A stretch of DNA of 20,000 bases from an uncultured virus (IMG/VR IMGVR_UViG_3300032820_000005) (lineage: Duplodnaviria; Heunggongvirae; Uroviricota; Caudoviricetes): IMG/VR virus record IMGVR_UViG_3300032820_000005; one strand, 5' to 3'. Numbering within the stretch: the first letter of the stretch is position 1; every line of letters begins with the position of its first letter. Position numbers and translations under genes: made by a program. The notes under the pieces were generated by a model. The model had not been told where the DNA came from. It made no database searches and was given only the letters and a program-made list of their open reading frames with translations. Below, piece after piece: positions 1 to 7,953 of this stretch.

Positions 1-982
1 CTATATTCTGAACCCAATCTTCAGCTGAAAATTCATTTGAATCTTCACCATGTTGGTAAACATTTTTGTAGTCAAGAATATACCCTTTACTGTTAAGATT
101 TGGTATAGTCAAATATTCAATTTCCTTGCGATCTTGGTCTACTAGTTCTTCACTATTTTCTTCAAAATTTTCTTGGGTTTCACTCTTTTCTGGTCGGCCA
201 CCATTAGCACCTTTTCTACCAGTTTTATCAGATTTTGAATTATCATTTCCATCTGAATTTTCGTCGGCTTTACCTTGCTCTGAATCATCTTCAGCTGAAT
301 CCTGATCTGTTTTTTGTCCTTGATCGGAATCACCTTTTACTTGACCATCTGCTGGCGAGCCGTCACCTTCTGTTGCATATTCCATATCATCTGGTAATTT
401 GAAATCATTTCTATCGCCACCTGAAGCTTCATATACATCTCTGGTTAGTTTTACAACTTGCTCAAAAGTTTCTGCATTTTCGATTCTTTCTACTAAAACT
501 TTTTCATCAGCTGAAAATGGAACATCTATCAAATTACCAATTTTAAAGTATAGATTGATTCTATCAATAAATGAACATTCTTTGACTTTTTTCTTGGATA
601 GACCAAAGAAATCTTGGTCTACTAATTCTTGATAGCCGATACGAAAATTTTTCCTTAGTCCATTAAACTTGCGTTTGATTTTCTTTTCGATTCTTGCATC
701 TTCAATCACATTCAAATATGATTTTATGACGGTTGAATGCTCTTCTGAAATACTTTCACAAATTTCATGTAAATCTTTTTGTGGAGTAAAAAGTGCGTGT
801 CCTACTTCATGCCCCACTAGTAGATCATAGACATCACTTGAAATATTTTCCCATGTGGGGAGTATCAGCCGTCGATTCAAAATGTCAAAAGCTGCTGTTG
901 ATATATTTCTATGTTCAACTATAAGATTTTCAGTAGCTAACAATTTTGCTAGATTATTTTTGGAAAGTTTATTGACTGTCAT
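1..982 (-). CDS. HExxH metallopeptidase-like / CobT-like partner of the phage CobS AAA ATPase (3'-truncated by window edge)
   Basis: Absent from the ORF track. Manual translation from ATG at 982 gives MTVNKLSKNNLAKLLATENLIVEHRNISTAAFDILNRRLILPTWENISSDVYDLLVGHEVGHALFTP...YLNVIEDARIEKKIKRKF..., open to base 1 with an acidic low-complexity linker. Matches the T4-like phage protein normally adjacent to cobS. Confidence 0.9.
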   Translation of the reverse strand, partial: MTVNKLSKNNLAKLLATENLIVEHRNISTAAFDILNRRLILPTWENISSDVYDLLVGHEVGHALFTPQKDLHEICESISEEHSTVIKSYLNVIEDARIEKKIKRKFNGLRKNFRIGYQELVDQDFFGLSKKKVKECSFIDRINLYFKIGNLIDVPFSADEKVLVERIENAETFEQVVKLTRDVYEASGGDRNDFKLPDDMEYATEGDGSPADGQVKGDSDQGQKTDQDSAEDDSEQGKADENSDGNDNSKSDKTGRKGANGGRPEKSETQENFEENSEELVDQDRKEIEYLTIPNLNSKGYILDYKNVYQHGEDSNEFSAEDWVQNI

Positions 983-1038
983 TTTTATCCTTGTTTTTGG
1001 TTGTATCTATATCGCTTCCTGCGGTTATAACTATCTAC

Positions 1039-2202
1039 TCAAAATGGTTGTTCTGAAGTTTCTTCCAAATCACCGTCTATCTTTTCATACAATTCTTTGA
1101 ATGCAATTTTGGTTTCTTCATCAAATCGAGCGATACATAGATTAATAGATTTTATTCTATCTTTGAAAATACTATATGCTTTAGCGATATGTACTAGACG
1201 CCGTGTTGATATAATTTCATCAACGCCGCCATCAAAATAGGTCTTACGGATAATATCAGCCCAACGAACCAACTTATCACCAAATTCTTGCGATTCTTTT
1301 TCATCAACATTTGCACTTTCAAATACACCTTTGACTATTCTTAATTCTACAGTATTTTTAGGATACTCTTGCTCAAGAGTAATAGCGAATCTTTCCAGAA
1401 ATGCTTCATTGAGAATATTTGTACCAATGAAAGCCCCACTATCACTGCCTTTACCTTTAGTATTAGCTGTAGCTACTACTGTAAAGCCATCTGCTGGTTT
1501 GATCCATTGATTGATTTTTTTCAGGTATACACCCTTGCCCTCGAGCACTGGTTGTAGACATAAAATTTTATTTGATGCTAAATCTACTTCATCTAATAAC
1601 AGTACAGCCCCGCGCTCCATTGCGTCTACTACCGGCCCTTTGTGAAATACTGTTTCACCATTCAATAGTCTAAAGCCGCCCAGCAAATCATCTTCATCTG
1701 TTTCGACTGTTATGTTTACTCTGACGCATTCTCTTTTTAGTTGTGCACATACTTGCTCAACCATGTATGTTTTTCCATTACCAGAAAGTCCAGTAATAAA
1801 AATGGGATAGAATACAGCAGATTTGACTATACTGGAAAGATCCTTGTGATGGCCCCACGGCACATAATTTTCTTCAACATCTGGTATGAAACTAATCTCT
1901 TTAGCTACTATACTTTCGGCTGTAATCACACTAGCCACAGATGGTGCACCTTTGACTGCACTTTGAGATATTTCAGTTGGTTCTGTTTCTTGGTTCAAAA
2001 ATTCTGGTAAATTATCAATAGGTAGTTTGAATTGACCTCTTTTGAGTCTATAGTTATCAGTAAACCAACGAAAGCTTTTTAACGGAAGCTCATCTTTTAG
2101 GTCAACTAATGCCTTGTCTAATTCTGCTTTACTGATAACAACTTTACCAAGATGGCCGTGAAGTAATTCAACTGCTTTTGCTCTTTTTTCTGCGCTTGTC
2201 AT
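1039..2202 (-). CDS. cobS: CobS-like MoxR-family AAA+ ATPase (T4-like phage type)
   Basis: Walker A GLSGNGKT, Walker B LLLDEVD, plus RVNITVETDEDDLLGGFRL, ATANTKGKG, NEAFLERF and ISTRRLVHI, typical of marine T4-like phage CobS. Confidence 0.93.
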   Translation of the reverse strand: MTSAEKRAKAVELLHGHLGKVVISKAELDKALVDLKDELPLKSFRWFTDNYRLKRGQFKLPIDNLPEFLNQETEPTEISQSAVKGAPSVASVITAESIVAKEISFIPDVEENYVPWGHHKDLSSIVKSAVFYPIFITGLSGNGKTYMVEQVCAQLKRECVRVNITVETDEDDLLGGFRLLNGETVFHKGPVVDAMERGAVLLLDEVDLASNKILCLQPVLEGKGVYLKKINQWIKPADGFTVVATANTKGKGSDSGAFIGTNILNEAFLERFAITLEQEYPKNTVELRIVKGVFESANVDEKESQEFGDKLVRWADIIRKTYFDGGVDEIISTRRLVHIAKAYSIFKDRIKSINLCIARFDEETKIAFKELYEKIDGDLEETSEQPF

Positions 2203-2218
2203 TATATATATCCTATCC

Positions 2219-2395
2219 TTAACTGTTGTTGTAACCTAATGTGGTAAAATCATCATCATCTTGATGATATCTGCTAGCCGATACTAATCTTTCGACACTA
2301 TCGTTGAGTATCAATATATTGAATTCAACGTCAACATCTTTACCATGAATGGTAGCTAATTCCTGTAAATCTTCGATCAGGTCTGATAATTTCAT
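2219..2395 (-). CDS. small acidic hypothetical protein (58 aa), cargo of promoter cassette 1
   Basis: Manual translation MKLSDLIEDLQELATIHGKDVDVEFNILILNDSVERLVSASRYHQDDDDFTTLGYNNS*; AAGGA RBS and consensus promoter directly upstream. Confidence 0.75.
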   Translation of the reverse strand: MKLSDLIEDLQELATIHGKDVDVEFNILILNDSVERLVSASRYHQDDDDFTTLGYNNS

Positions 2396-2430
2396 ATCTG
2401 TTTCTTTTTTCCTTAATTGTCTAATAGTAT

Positions 2431-2473
2431 ATTATACCATTTTTTGGGGGCTAATGTCAAGGTTATTTTCACT
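2431..2473 (-). promoter_or_regulatory. sigma70-type early promoter, copy 1
   Basis: Minus strand GTGAAAATAACC-TTGACA(2455-2460)-18 bp ending TGG-TATAAT(2431-2436). Confidence 0.9.
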
Positions 2474-2500
2474 TTTTTTCATTCTTTCTTTAGTTTCTTG

Positions 2501-2656
2501 TCAACTAACTTTTTTTACAGTAGATGTCCAAGCGTGAATTCTACTGATTTCTCGCCGTGTTGCTCTTCTGAGTCTAAATTCCCAGCTGTTTGATTTTTTC
2601 CTAGAAAATTCTTTTTTTCTTTGATCTCTGTAATTCTCTGAAGTTGCTTGTTTCAT
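2501..2656 (-). CDS. small basic hypothetical protein (51 aa), cargo of promoter cassette 2
   Basis: MKQATSENYRDQRKKEFSRKKSNSWEFRLRRATRREISRIHAWTSTVKKVS*; same AAGGAAAA..AGATATG leader as cassette 1. Confidence 0.65.
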   Translation of the reverse strand: MKQATSENYRDQRKKEFSRKKSNSWEFRLRRATRREISRIHAWTSTVKKVS

Positions 2657-2688
2657 ATCTGGTTCTTTTCCTTGATTGTTATAGTGTA

Positions 2689-2725
2689 ATTATACCATTT
2701 TTTAGGGGCTAATGTCAAGGTTAAA
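2689..2725 (-). promoter_or_regulatory. sigma70-type early promoter, copy 2
   Basis: TTGACA(2713-2718)-18 bp ending TGG-TATAAT(2689-2694). Confidence 0.9.
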
Positions 2726-2762
2726 TGAGCTTTTTTTCGATTTATTTTCACTTTTTTCTCAG

Positions 2763-2990
2763 TTATCCAAAAGCTGGCCAGCATGGTTTTTGATTTCTCA
2801 GAGCTAGTTCTTTTCGTGATTTTGACTCTTTATCTAGCATTTGTCTGATTTCTGAAAATGTCAAGCTTGGATGTATCCATACAAACCATTTTTCAGTTTC
2901 TGTTAAATTTCGTCCAGCTTCCAGTTCAGCTGTGGCTAATAATTGTGCTTCTGTCATCATAATCTGTGCTTCTCTGTTATTGTTTTTCAT
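2763..2990 (-). CDS. small hypothetical protein (75 aa; alternative start 3005), cargo of promoter cassette 3
   Basis: ORF track 2763..3005; the MKNNNRE start sits at the same position relative to the promoter as in the other cassettes. Confidence 0.7.
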   Translation of the reverse strand: MKNNNREAQIMMTEAQLLATAELEAGRNLTETEKWFVWIHPSLTFSEIRQMLDKESKSRKELALRNQKPCWPAFG

Positions 2991-3020
2991 CTTTTCTTTT
3001 CCCATTTTTGATTATAGTAT

Positions 3021-3063
3021 ATTATACCATTTTTCCTTGACCATTGTCAAGGCTAATTTCACT
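3021..3063 (-). promoter_or_regulatory. sigma70-type early promoter, copy 3
   Basis: GTGAAATTAGCC-TTGACA(3045-3050)-18 bp-TATAAT(3021-3026); the -35 lies in the inverted repeat CCTTGAC-catt-GTCAAGG. Confidence 0.9.
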
Positions 3064-3121
3064 TTTTTTCGATTTATTTTTGATTTTTTTCTTTGTTTCT
3101 TTTCTCGATTGTTATAGTGTA

Positions 3122-3164
3122 ATTATACCATTTTTTGGGGGCCAATGTCAAGGTTAATTTCACT
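3122..3164 (-). promoter_or_regulatory. sigma70-type early promoter, copy 4 (no cargo ORF)
   Basis: GTGAAATTAACC-TTGACA(3146-3151)-18 bp-TATAAT(3122-3127). Confidence 0.9.
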
Positions 3165-3316
3165 TTTTTGACCTATTTTACCAAAAAAAATAAAAAAATA
3201 TTTTTCTGATGGTTTTTTGAAAACTTCTGCAGTCGTTTGGGCGCGTCTAGCCGAACTTGGGGGTCGATTTTTGTGAAGATCTCATATGACTGTCCTTTTG
3301 ACATATTTGAGAAATC

Positions 3317-3724
3317 TCAAAAATCATGTGAAAAGTTAAAAATCGAGCATTTAGCTAAAAATGTGTCAAAAAGCGCTTTTCTGTGAAATTTCAGCTTTTC
3401 ACCGATTTCCCAAATATGCCCAAAAAGCGTGCAATTGCTCATTTTTTGTGCATTTCCTCGAATCACAAACCATGCCAAGTCGAAAATCCACTTTTTTGAG
3501 CTTTTCTGTAAACATTTTGTAAAATTCTGTGAATCACAATGCGTGCCAAGTTTTTTCAGCTTTTCTGAAAATATTTTCAGCTGCTTTTCAGTCGAAATAC
3601 CCAAATCACAAACTGTGCCAACTTTTTTGTTGAAATCGAGCTGCTCATGAGCTGAAATTTCATTTTCGACTGAAATACAGCTGTTTTGGTCTGTTTTGAG
3701 TATTTTTATGTCATTTTTGGTCAT
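3317..3724 (-). CDS. doubtful hypothetical ORF (135 aa) across the repeat-rich region
   Basis: Open frame with ATG just downstream of promoter copy 5, but no clear RBS and a composition dictated by A/T tracts. Confidence 0.3.
   Translation of the reverse strand: MTKNDIKILKTDQNSCISVENEISAHEQLDFNKKVGTVCDLGISTEKQLKIFSEKLKKLGTHCDSQNFTKCLQKSSKKWIFDLAWFVIRGNAQKMSNCTLFGHIWEIGEKLKFHRKALFDTFLAKCSIFNFSHDF
3461..3623. repeat. three 20 bp direct repeats with a 71-72 bp period
   Basis: aatcacaaaccatgccaagt (3461), aatcacaatgcgtgccaagt (3532), aatcacaaactgtgccaact (3604). Confidence 0.75.
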
Positions 3725-3773
3725 AATTGATCGCTTTTGGACTAAATGTCTTTTCTGAATGATGTACAGAGTA

Positions 3774-3815
3774 ATTATACCATACGGCGCTACCCTTTGT
3801 CAAGGCTATTTTCAC
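3774..3815 (-). promoter_or_regulatory. sigma70-type early promoter, copy 5
   Basis: GTGAAAATAGCC-TTGACA(3798-3803)-18 bp ending TGG-TATAAT(3774-3779). Confidence 0.88.
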
Positions 3816-4068
3816 ATTTCGACCAAATTAATTTGAGATATTGTAAAATAGGAAATGGTCAAGCTGTCAGTGGTTTTTGGTGGGCAGAGAAAAAAGTTGA
3901 CACGGCTCTAATGCTATGTCAACTTCTCGATTTTGGATGTTGGGTATATGTCAAATCCAGTGGTGGCGTGTGTTTGAAGGTGTCAACAAAAGTTTTCCTG
4001 TGTGTTGGGAACATCAAGAGTACTGCCACCAAGACATTCCATCCGATAAAACCACCTAAACAGGTTTT

Positions 4069-4467
4069 TTACGCCTTTTTTAATTTTCCTTCTCTGCTAT
4101 ACACTTTTACACTTTTATCAGGTTTTCTCAAAAATATATCACCAGGCTCCCAATCACAATATTTTGACAGTCCTTCATTTCGTTTGACATTCAACGAAAA
4201 TGCTGTCTGCTTTCCTGTAACCTTAGTATCATTAATTAAAATCCTTTCATCATTGCCTAAATTATACAATATCATATCATACTCTATACCATTCTTGGCT
4301 AATGCTTCTTCTGTAGACTTACCTTCTGAATCATGCCTAGCTGTTGTCAAGATTATCATATCATCATTTTCATAGATATTGTCTAAAAACTTTTTAGCTC
4401 CATCTAATAGTTCATTTGTGTCATGTTTAAATATTGTGCCATCTATGTCTATAAAATAAGTCTTCAT
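4069..4467 (-). CDS. capless HAD-superfamily phosphatase
   Basis: Motif I FIDIDGT, motif II LTTAR, motif IV-like RILIND. Confidence 0.85.
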   Translation of the reverse strand: MKTYFIDIDGTIFKHDTNELLDGAKKFLDNIYENDDMIILTTARHDSEGKSTEEALAKNGIEYDMILYNLGNDERILINDTKVTGKQTAFSLNVKRNEGLSKYCDWEPGDIFLRKPDKSVKVYSREGKLKKA

Positions 4468-4479
4468 ATTTGTATACTA

Positions 4480-4947
4480 TTATGTTCTAGCAATTGCGTC
4501 CTTGCCTGGTAATAAATCTGGAAATGCTTGATTTACTAATCTACTTGTTAATCCCTTATAGGGCAATTTCTTTTTAACTACATTTAGCAGCAATTTTGCT
4601 TCTGTTGGGTGTAATCCTTCTAATAGTTGAATAAATTGATTTTCTGCTTGTACTTGTGTTATGTTCTGTGATTGATTTGTAGGTCGATTATCAAAATTAG
4701 CAAAGCGGCCGATTCTTAGTGCTTCTCTTTCTAATTGTAAATCTGCTAAATCCCAATCTGGCGCGTCGTGTTCCTCATAAGGCGGCGGAGTTGATGGAAT
4801 ATTCCATTGTACCCTTGAATCATATGCTCCCCGCAAAACGGCTTTTAGACCATCGGTTTCATATTGCTGCAAGACTTCTGCTTTTTCTGCTACTTTGGAC
4901 GCTTCTTCTACTTTTGTAAATATTTCGTGTAATGATATATCGCTCAT
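4480..4947 (-). CDS. conserved T4-like phage hypothetical protein (DUF6433-like), usual neighbour of rnh
   Basis: LHEIF..V, W..P...PPY, FIQLLEGLHPTEAKLL...K.KL.YKGLT..LV..AFP pattern. Confidence 0.8.
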   Translation of the reverse strand: MSDISLHEIFTKVEEASKVAEKAEVLQQYETDGLKAVLRGAYDSRVQWNIPSTPPPYEEHDAPDWDLADLQLEREALRIGRFANFDNRPTNQSQNITQVQAENQFIQLLEGLHPTEAKLLLNVVKKKLPYKGLTSRLVNQAFPDLLPGKDAIART

Positions 4948-4995
4948 GTGAATAATTTCTCCTTCTGTGTGTGTCTAACTTTATGTTGACGACAA

Positions 4996-5847
4996 CTAGA
5001 ATTCTCCTAGATGTTCAGTTAGATTTTTCAAATTGAATTTTGTAAAATACTTGATTAGGTATTTTCTTGACTTGTCTAGTTTTTGTATAGATAATTGCTC
5101 TAGGCACTCTTTTTTTAATATAGAGGGCGTTTTCGATAAATCTATTAGCATTTCGTTTCGATGAAATTTCGGTAGTGTCTCATAGTCGCAGAAAATTTCT
5201 GGTTCTAAGTCCAACCACTGCTTGACTTTGCCAGCTGATAATGGCGTTTGTCTGACGCCATTGACAAATGAAGTATCTTCTGATAAAATGTTAGGAATCC
5301 CATCGCCTCGATCACCACGTAAGATTTGCTCTTTTAAAAATTTGACAGGATCGGGTTGTCTAATAAATTCTTTCCGCATGGGATTAAATTGATGCACGTT
5401 GTCAAATTTTTGTAATTGTTGAAAATCCTTGTCACCTGATAAAATCAGATTGTCTAGTTTTTCATCTTTTTCTGCATAGCATATGGTGCCAATTAAATCA
5501 TCGGCTTCTGCTCCTTCTACCTCGATTACTGGATAGGGAAAATATTCATATAGTTCATCCTTGATTTGGTTTAAATTTTGAAATAGTAAATTCCAATCTA
5601 CGTTAGTGCGTTGACGGGTAATTTTACGGTTAGCCTTATAATGCTTGAAATATGACTTTCGCCAATTTTGCCTTGAGTCGCAGCATATCACCAATTCACC
5701 ATATTGCGAATTGAATTTTTGTCTGTGACTACGTAGCGAATTTAGCACCATATGTCGGATTAAGTCTGTTTCGATATCTCGATTTTGGGAAGGTTGAGCC
5801 ATAATGTTAGATATGAACACCTGGCTATAGTCAACTAATATACTCAT
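4996..5847 (-). CDS. rnh: T4-type RNase H (5'-3' exonuclease, FEN family)
   Basis: ILVDYSQ, IRHMVLNSLR, WRKSYFKHYKANRK, EADD, SGDKDFQQL, GDRGDGIPN, C-terminal LKNL.EH..EF. Confidence 0.95.
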   Translation of the reverse strand: MSILVDYSQVFISNIMAQPSQNRDIETDLIRHMVLNSLRSHRQKFNSQYGELVICCDSRQNWRKSYFKHYKANRKITRQRTNVDWNLLFQNLNQIKDELYEYFPYPVIEVEGAEADDLIGTICYAEKDEKLDNLILSGDKDFQQLQKFDNVHQFNPMRKEFIRQPDPVKFLKEQILRGDRGDGIPNILSEDTSFVNGVRQTPLSAGKVKQWLDLEPEIFCDYETLPKFHRNEMLIDLSKTPSILKKECLEQLSIQKLDKSRKYLIKYFTKFNLKNLTEHLGEF

Positions 5848-5851
5848 AATT

Positions 5852-6112
5852 TTATTTTTTAATCAATGGATGCTCTAATCCAATTTCACGATACATCAAT
5901 GCTCTTAGAAAATCCACTAGTGCATTGAAATCTTTAACAAATCCATCACTCTCTATATCGAAATTATTTTCTTTAAGTATAACTAAAGTATGCGTACAAC
6001 ATTCAGCTAAAACCTGCTCGACATATGGTTCTGGCTCATCTGGATATACTAGTGGAATTTCAACTTCCTCATAATTGCAACTTGGATGGATTATAATTTT
6101 ATCATCATCCAT
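5852..6112 (-). CDS. hypothetical protein
   Basis: ORF track 5852..6181; GGAG RBS supports ATG 6112, which removes the overlap with the SET gene. Confidence 0.75.
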   Translation of the reverse strand: MDDDKIIIHPSCNYEEVEIPLVYPDEPEPYVEQVLAECCTHTLVILKENNFDIESDGFVKDFNALVDFLRALMYREIGLEHPLIKK

Positions 6113-6134
6113 ATAATTCTCCATATACAAATAT

Positions 6135-6476
6135 TTATTCCATTTGATATAAGCTATAGCTGCAAGTAATTTCATGGCCACATTTTATATCTTGGATTGT
6201 AAACAATTTCTTTACTATCAAAAAAATTGTAGAAGATTTGACTACTGGTTCTAACTGATAAAGTTCAGTACCTTCAATCAATGTACAATTTGGTTCATCA
6301 CTATGATTGTAAAATCCGCCTAATGGTGTTCTACAATATCCTTGTGGAAATCCAGGCAATTTGACATGGGCAATACCCAAATCACAACCAGAGTATATAT
6401 TAGATGTAGCAAATATACCTAAACCATGTATATCAGATTTTTTAATTGTAAGACAGGGTGGTAATGGTGTATACAT
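6135..6476 (-). CDS. SET-domain protein (putative lysine methyltransferase)
   Basis: SDIHGLGIFA (motif I), RTPLGGFYNHSDEPNC (NHS motif), DIKCGHEITCSY (ELxxxY-like). Confidence 0.9.
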   Translation of the reverse strand: MYTPLPPCLTIKKSDIHGLGIFATSNIYSGCDLGIAHVKLPGFPQGYCRTPLGGFYNHSDEPNCTLIEGTELYQLEPVVKSSTIFLIVKKLFTIQDIKCGHEITCSYSLYQME

Positions 6477-6481
6477 TTTTG

Positions 6482-6679
6482 TCAACGTTGGCCATTTATC
6501 AGATTGTCTACTTTTAAGTTTAAAATTCTGATGGTACGCAGCAATGAAGTAATATTTTCCTTCAATTGTTGATTTTCATTCTTCAGTTGATGGACTTCAC
6601 CTCGCAATGTAGATGATTCTCTCAAATTTGATCTTTTGACCAATCCTAAAATACCCGTATCGGTTCTTCTTTTTAGCAT
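6482..6679 (-). CDS. small coiled-coil hypothetical protein
   Basis: ORF track 6482..6748; GGAG upstream of ATG 6679; heptad pattern LRGEVHQLKNENQQLKENI. Confidence 0.6.
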   Translation of the reverse strand: MLKRRTDTGILGLVKRSNLRESSTLRGEVHQLKNENQQLKENITSLLRTIRILNLKVDNLINGQR

Positions 6680-6684
6680 CTTTT

Positions 6685-6768
6685 TTACGCTCCGCATACA
6701 ACTATACATAATCCCAATATTATAATAAGTCCGATTCCTACTATCCAATAATATCCTTCAGTAACCAT
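6685..6768 (-). CDS. 27 aa single-TM peptide
   Basis: MVTEGYYWIVGIGLIIILGLCIVVCGA*; fills the gap between neighbours, AAGGA upstream. Confidence 0.55.
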   Translation of the reverse strand: MVTEGYYWIVGIGLIIILGLCIVVCGA

Positions 6769-6770
6769 TT

Positions 6771-7118
6771 TTATTTCCTTGCATATAAATCATACTGTTC
6801 TGGCCATCCCGTCTGCATTTTAGCATGTTCTTCTTCTGTGCAACTTCTGTCTAATGGAACATTGCTAGTATCATCTTTATATTCATATCCATTGGCAACC
6901 AAATAAGTTTCTAATTCTTCACCGCTAATATCGGAAAGTATCAGATTGTCATCTAATTGTATACAAGGCTGATTTGTCTGCCCTGTTTTTTCCACCATTT
7001 CATGAAAATTTACAGGATCGTGTATTTGGCGCTCTTCATATTGTATGCCATACTTTGACAGAACTTCTCTTACTCCGCGACTCCAACCACACTGCTTTTT
7101 TAAATATGCTATTGTCAT
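6771..7118 (-). CDS. monothiol glutaredoxin (CGWS active site)
   Basis: AYLKKQCGWSRGVREVL, cis-Pro motif TGQTNQPCI; AAGGAG RBS. Confidence 0.88.
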   Translation of the reverse strand: MTIAYLKKQCGWSRGVREVLSKYGIQYEERQIHDPVNFHEMVEKTGQTNQPCIQLDDNLILSDISGEELETYLVANGYEYKDDTSNVPLDRSCTEEEHAKMQTGWPEQYDLYARK

Positions 7119-7133
7119 TGTTGTTCTCCTTAT

Positions 7134-7352
7134 TTAAAACCCCCTAAAATTCACATCTCTAAATGGAATTATAGTATCTACTGGTTTTGCTGATAATTTC
7201 TTTCTTAATGATTGTATCTCTGAATTCAAAAAATTAATTTTATTTTGGGTATTAGCAACATTTGATAAACGATCATTTTTAATCGTTTCCGCCAGCTTTA
7301 CTACTTCTTCTCTTTTACTAATTAACAATTTTCTAATTTCACCTTTATTCAT
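7134..7352 (-). CDS. small coiled-coil hypothetical protein
   Basis: ORF track 7134..7394; ATG 7352 preceded by GAGGG minimises overlap with nfuA. Confidence 0.65.
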   Translation of the reverse strand: MNKGEIRKLLISKREEVVKLAETIKNDRLSNVANTQNKINFLNSEIQSLRKKLSAKPVDTIIPFRDVNFRGF

Positions 7353-7362
7353 TACAATTCCC

Positions 7363-7953
7363 TCATGTATAGTATGGATTTTCGCCTTCTTCATGTTCTG
7401 TTATATCATCAATTCTTGTTATCTCTGGAAATTCTGCTAATATCTGCTGCTCGACTCCATATTGTAAAGTAGTACCAGATGATGAACAACCTTGACATCC
7501 ACCTTTCATTTCTATATACAGTACACTGGCCTCTACTCTAATCACATCAATTTTCCCGCCATGAGAAGCTATCATAGGATTAATAGTAGAATCTAAATGC
7601 TTAGTAATTCTTTGCTCTATTTCACTGATTTCTGGTACATTAGGATTTGTAATTACAAAACCTTCATTATTCAAATCTGTCTTATAATCAATAGTAGCAC
7701 CATTCACTTTCTCTAAAGAATTTTCATCAATTACCATATCAAATTTTTCTAAATTGAAAAAATTGTCATACCGATGCTCTATTTCATTTTTTCTAATATC
7801 CAACCCCATCTGATAATCAAACTCAGTAGAATTTTGACCCGTTACCTTTAATCTGAATAAGGTATCTTTTGGTATCATGTTTTCAGATTCAATTACACTG
7901 AAAATTTTTGCAATTGCTGTTTCAGTTACTTCTAATTCAATATCTGGTATCAT
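7363..7953 (-). CDS. nfuA: Fe-S biogenesis protein NfuA (degenerate A-type domain + Nfu domain)
   Basis: Cys-less A-type N-domain (..VNGATIDY...GFVITNPN); Nfu domain [10 protein letters not shown]...MKGGCQGC; C-terminal [15 protein letters not shown] overlap with sufB. Confidence 0.93.
   Translation of the reverse strand: MIPDIELEVTETAIAKIFSVIESENMIPKDTLFRLKVTGQNSTEFDYQMGLDIRKNEIEHRYDNFFNLEKFDMVIDENSLEKVNGATIDYKTDLNNEGFVITNPNVPEISEIEQRITKHLDSTINPMIASHGGKIDVIRVEASVLYIEMKGGCQGCSSSGTTLQYGVEQQILAEFPEITRIDDITEHEEGENPYYT

Larger units (their letters stand above)
2391..3170. repeat. four imperfect ~80-90 bp direct repeats (leader/RBS + promoter + UP-like element)
   Basis: Plus-strand core atagt(a/g)t(a)attataccattttt...tgtcaagg(t/c)ta at ~2424, 2681, 3014 and 3114, followed in three copies by tttcactttttt. 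Confidence 0.9.

Noticed and set aside
142..333. 63 aa minus-strand ORF
   Set aside because: It is an alternative frame inside the continuous 1..982 gene.
2391..3170. Repeats as a CRISPR array
   Set aside because: Repeats are promoter/RBS sequences of ~85 bp; the intervening segments vary widely in length and encode ORFs; no cas genes in the window.
3461..3623. 20 bp repeats as a mini-CRISPR
   Set aside because: Repeats are degenerate and the intervening sequences resemble each other (tttt.agcttttctg.aaa.atttt).
3830..4068. Read-through extension or small ORF after the HAD gene
   Set aside because: The frame stays open for about 50 codons after the TAA, but there is no convincing start or RBS; insufficient support.
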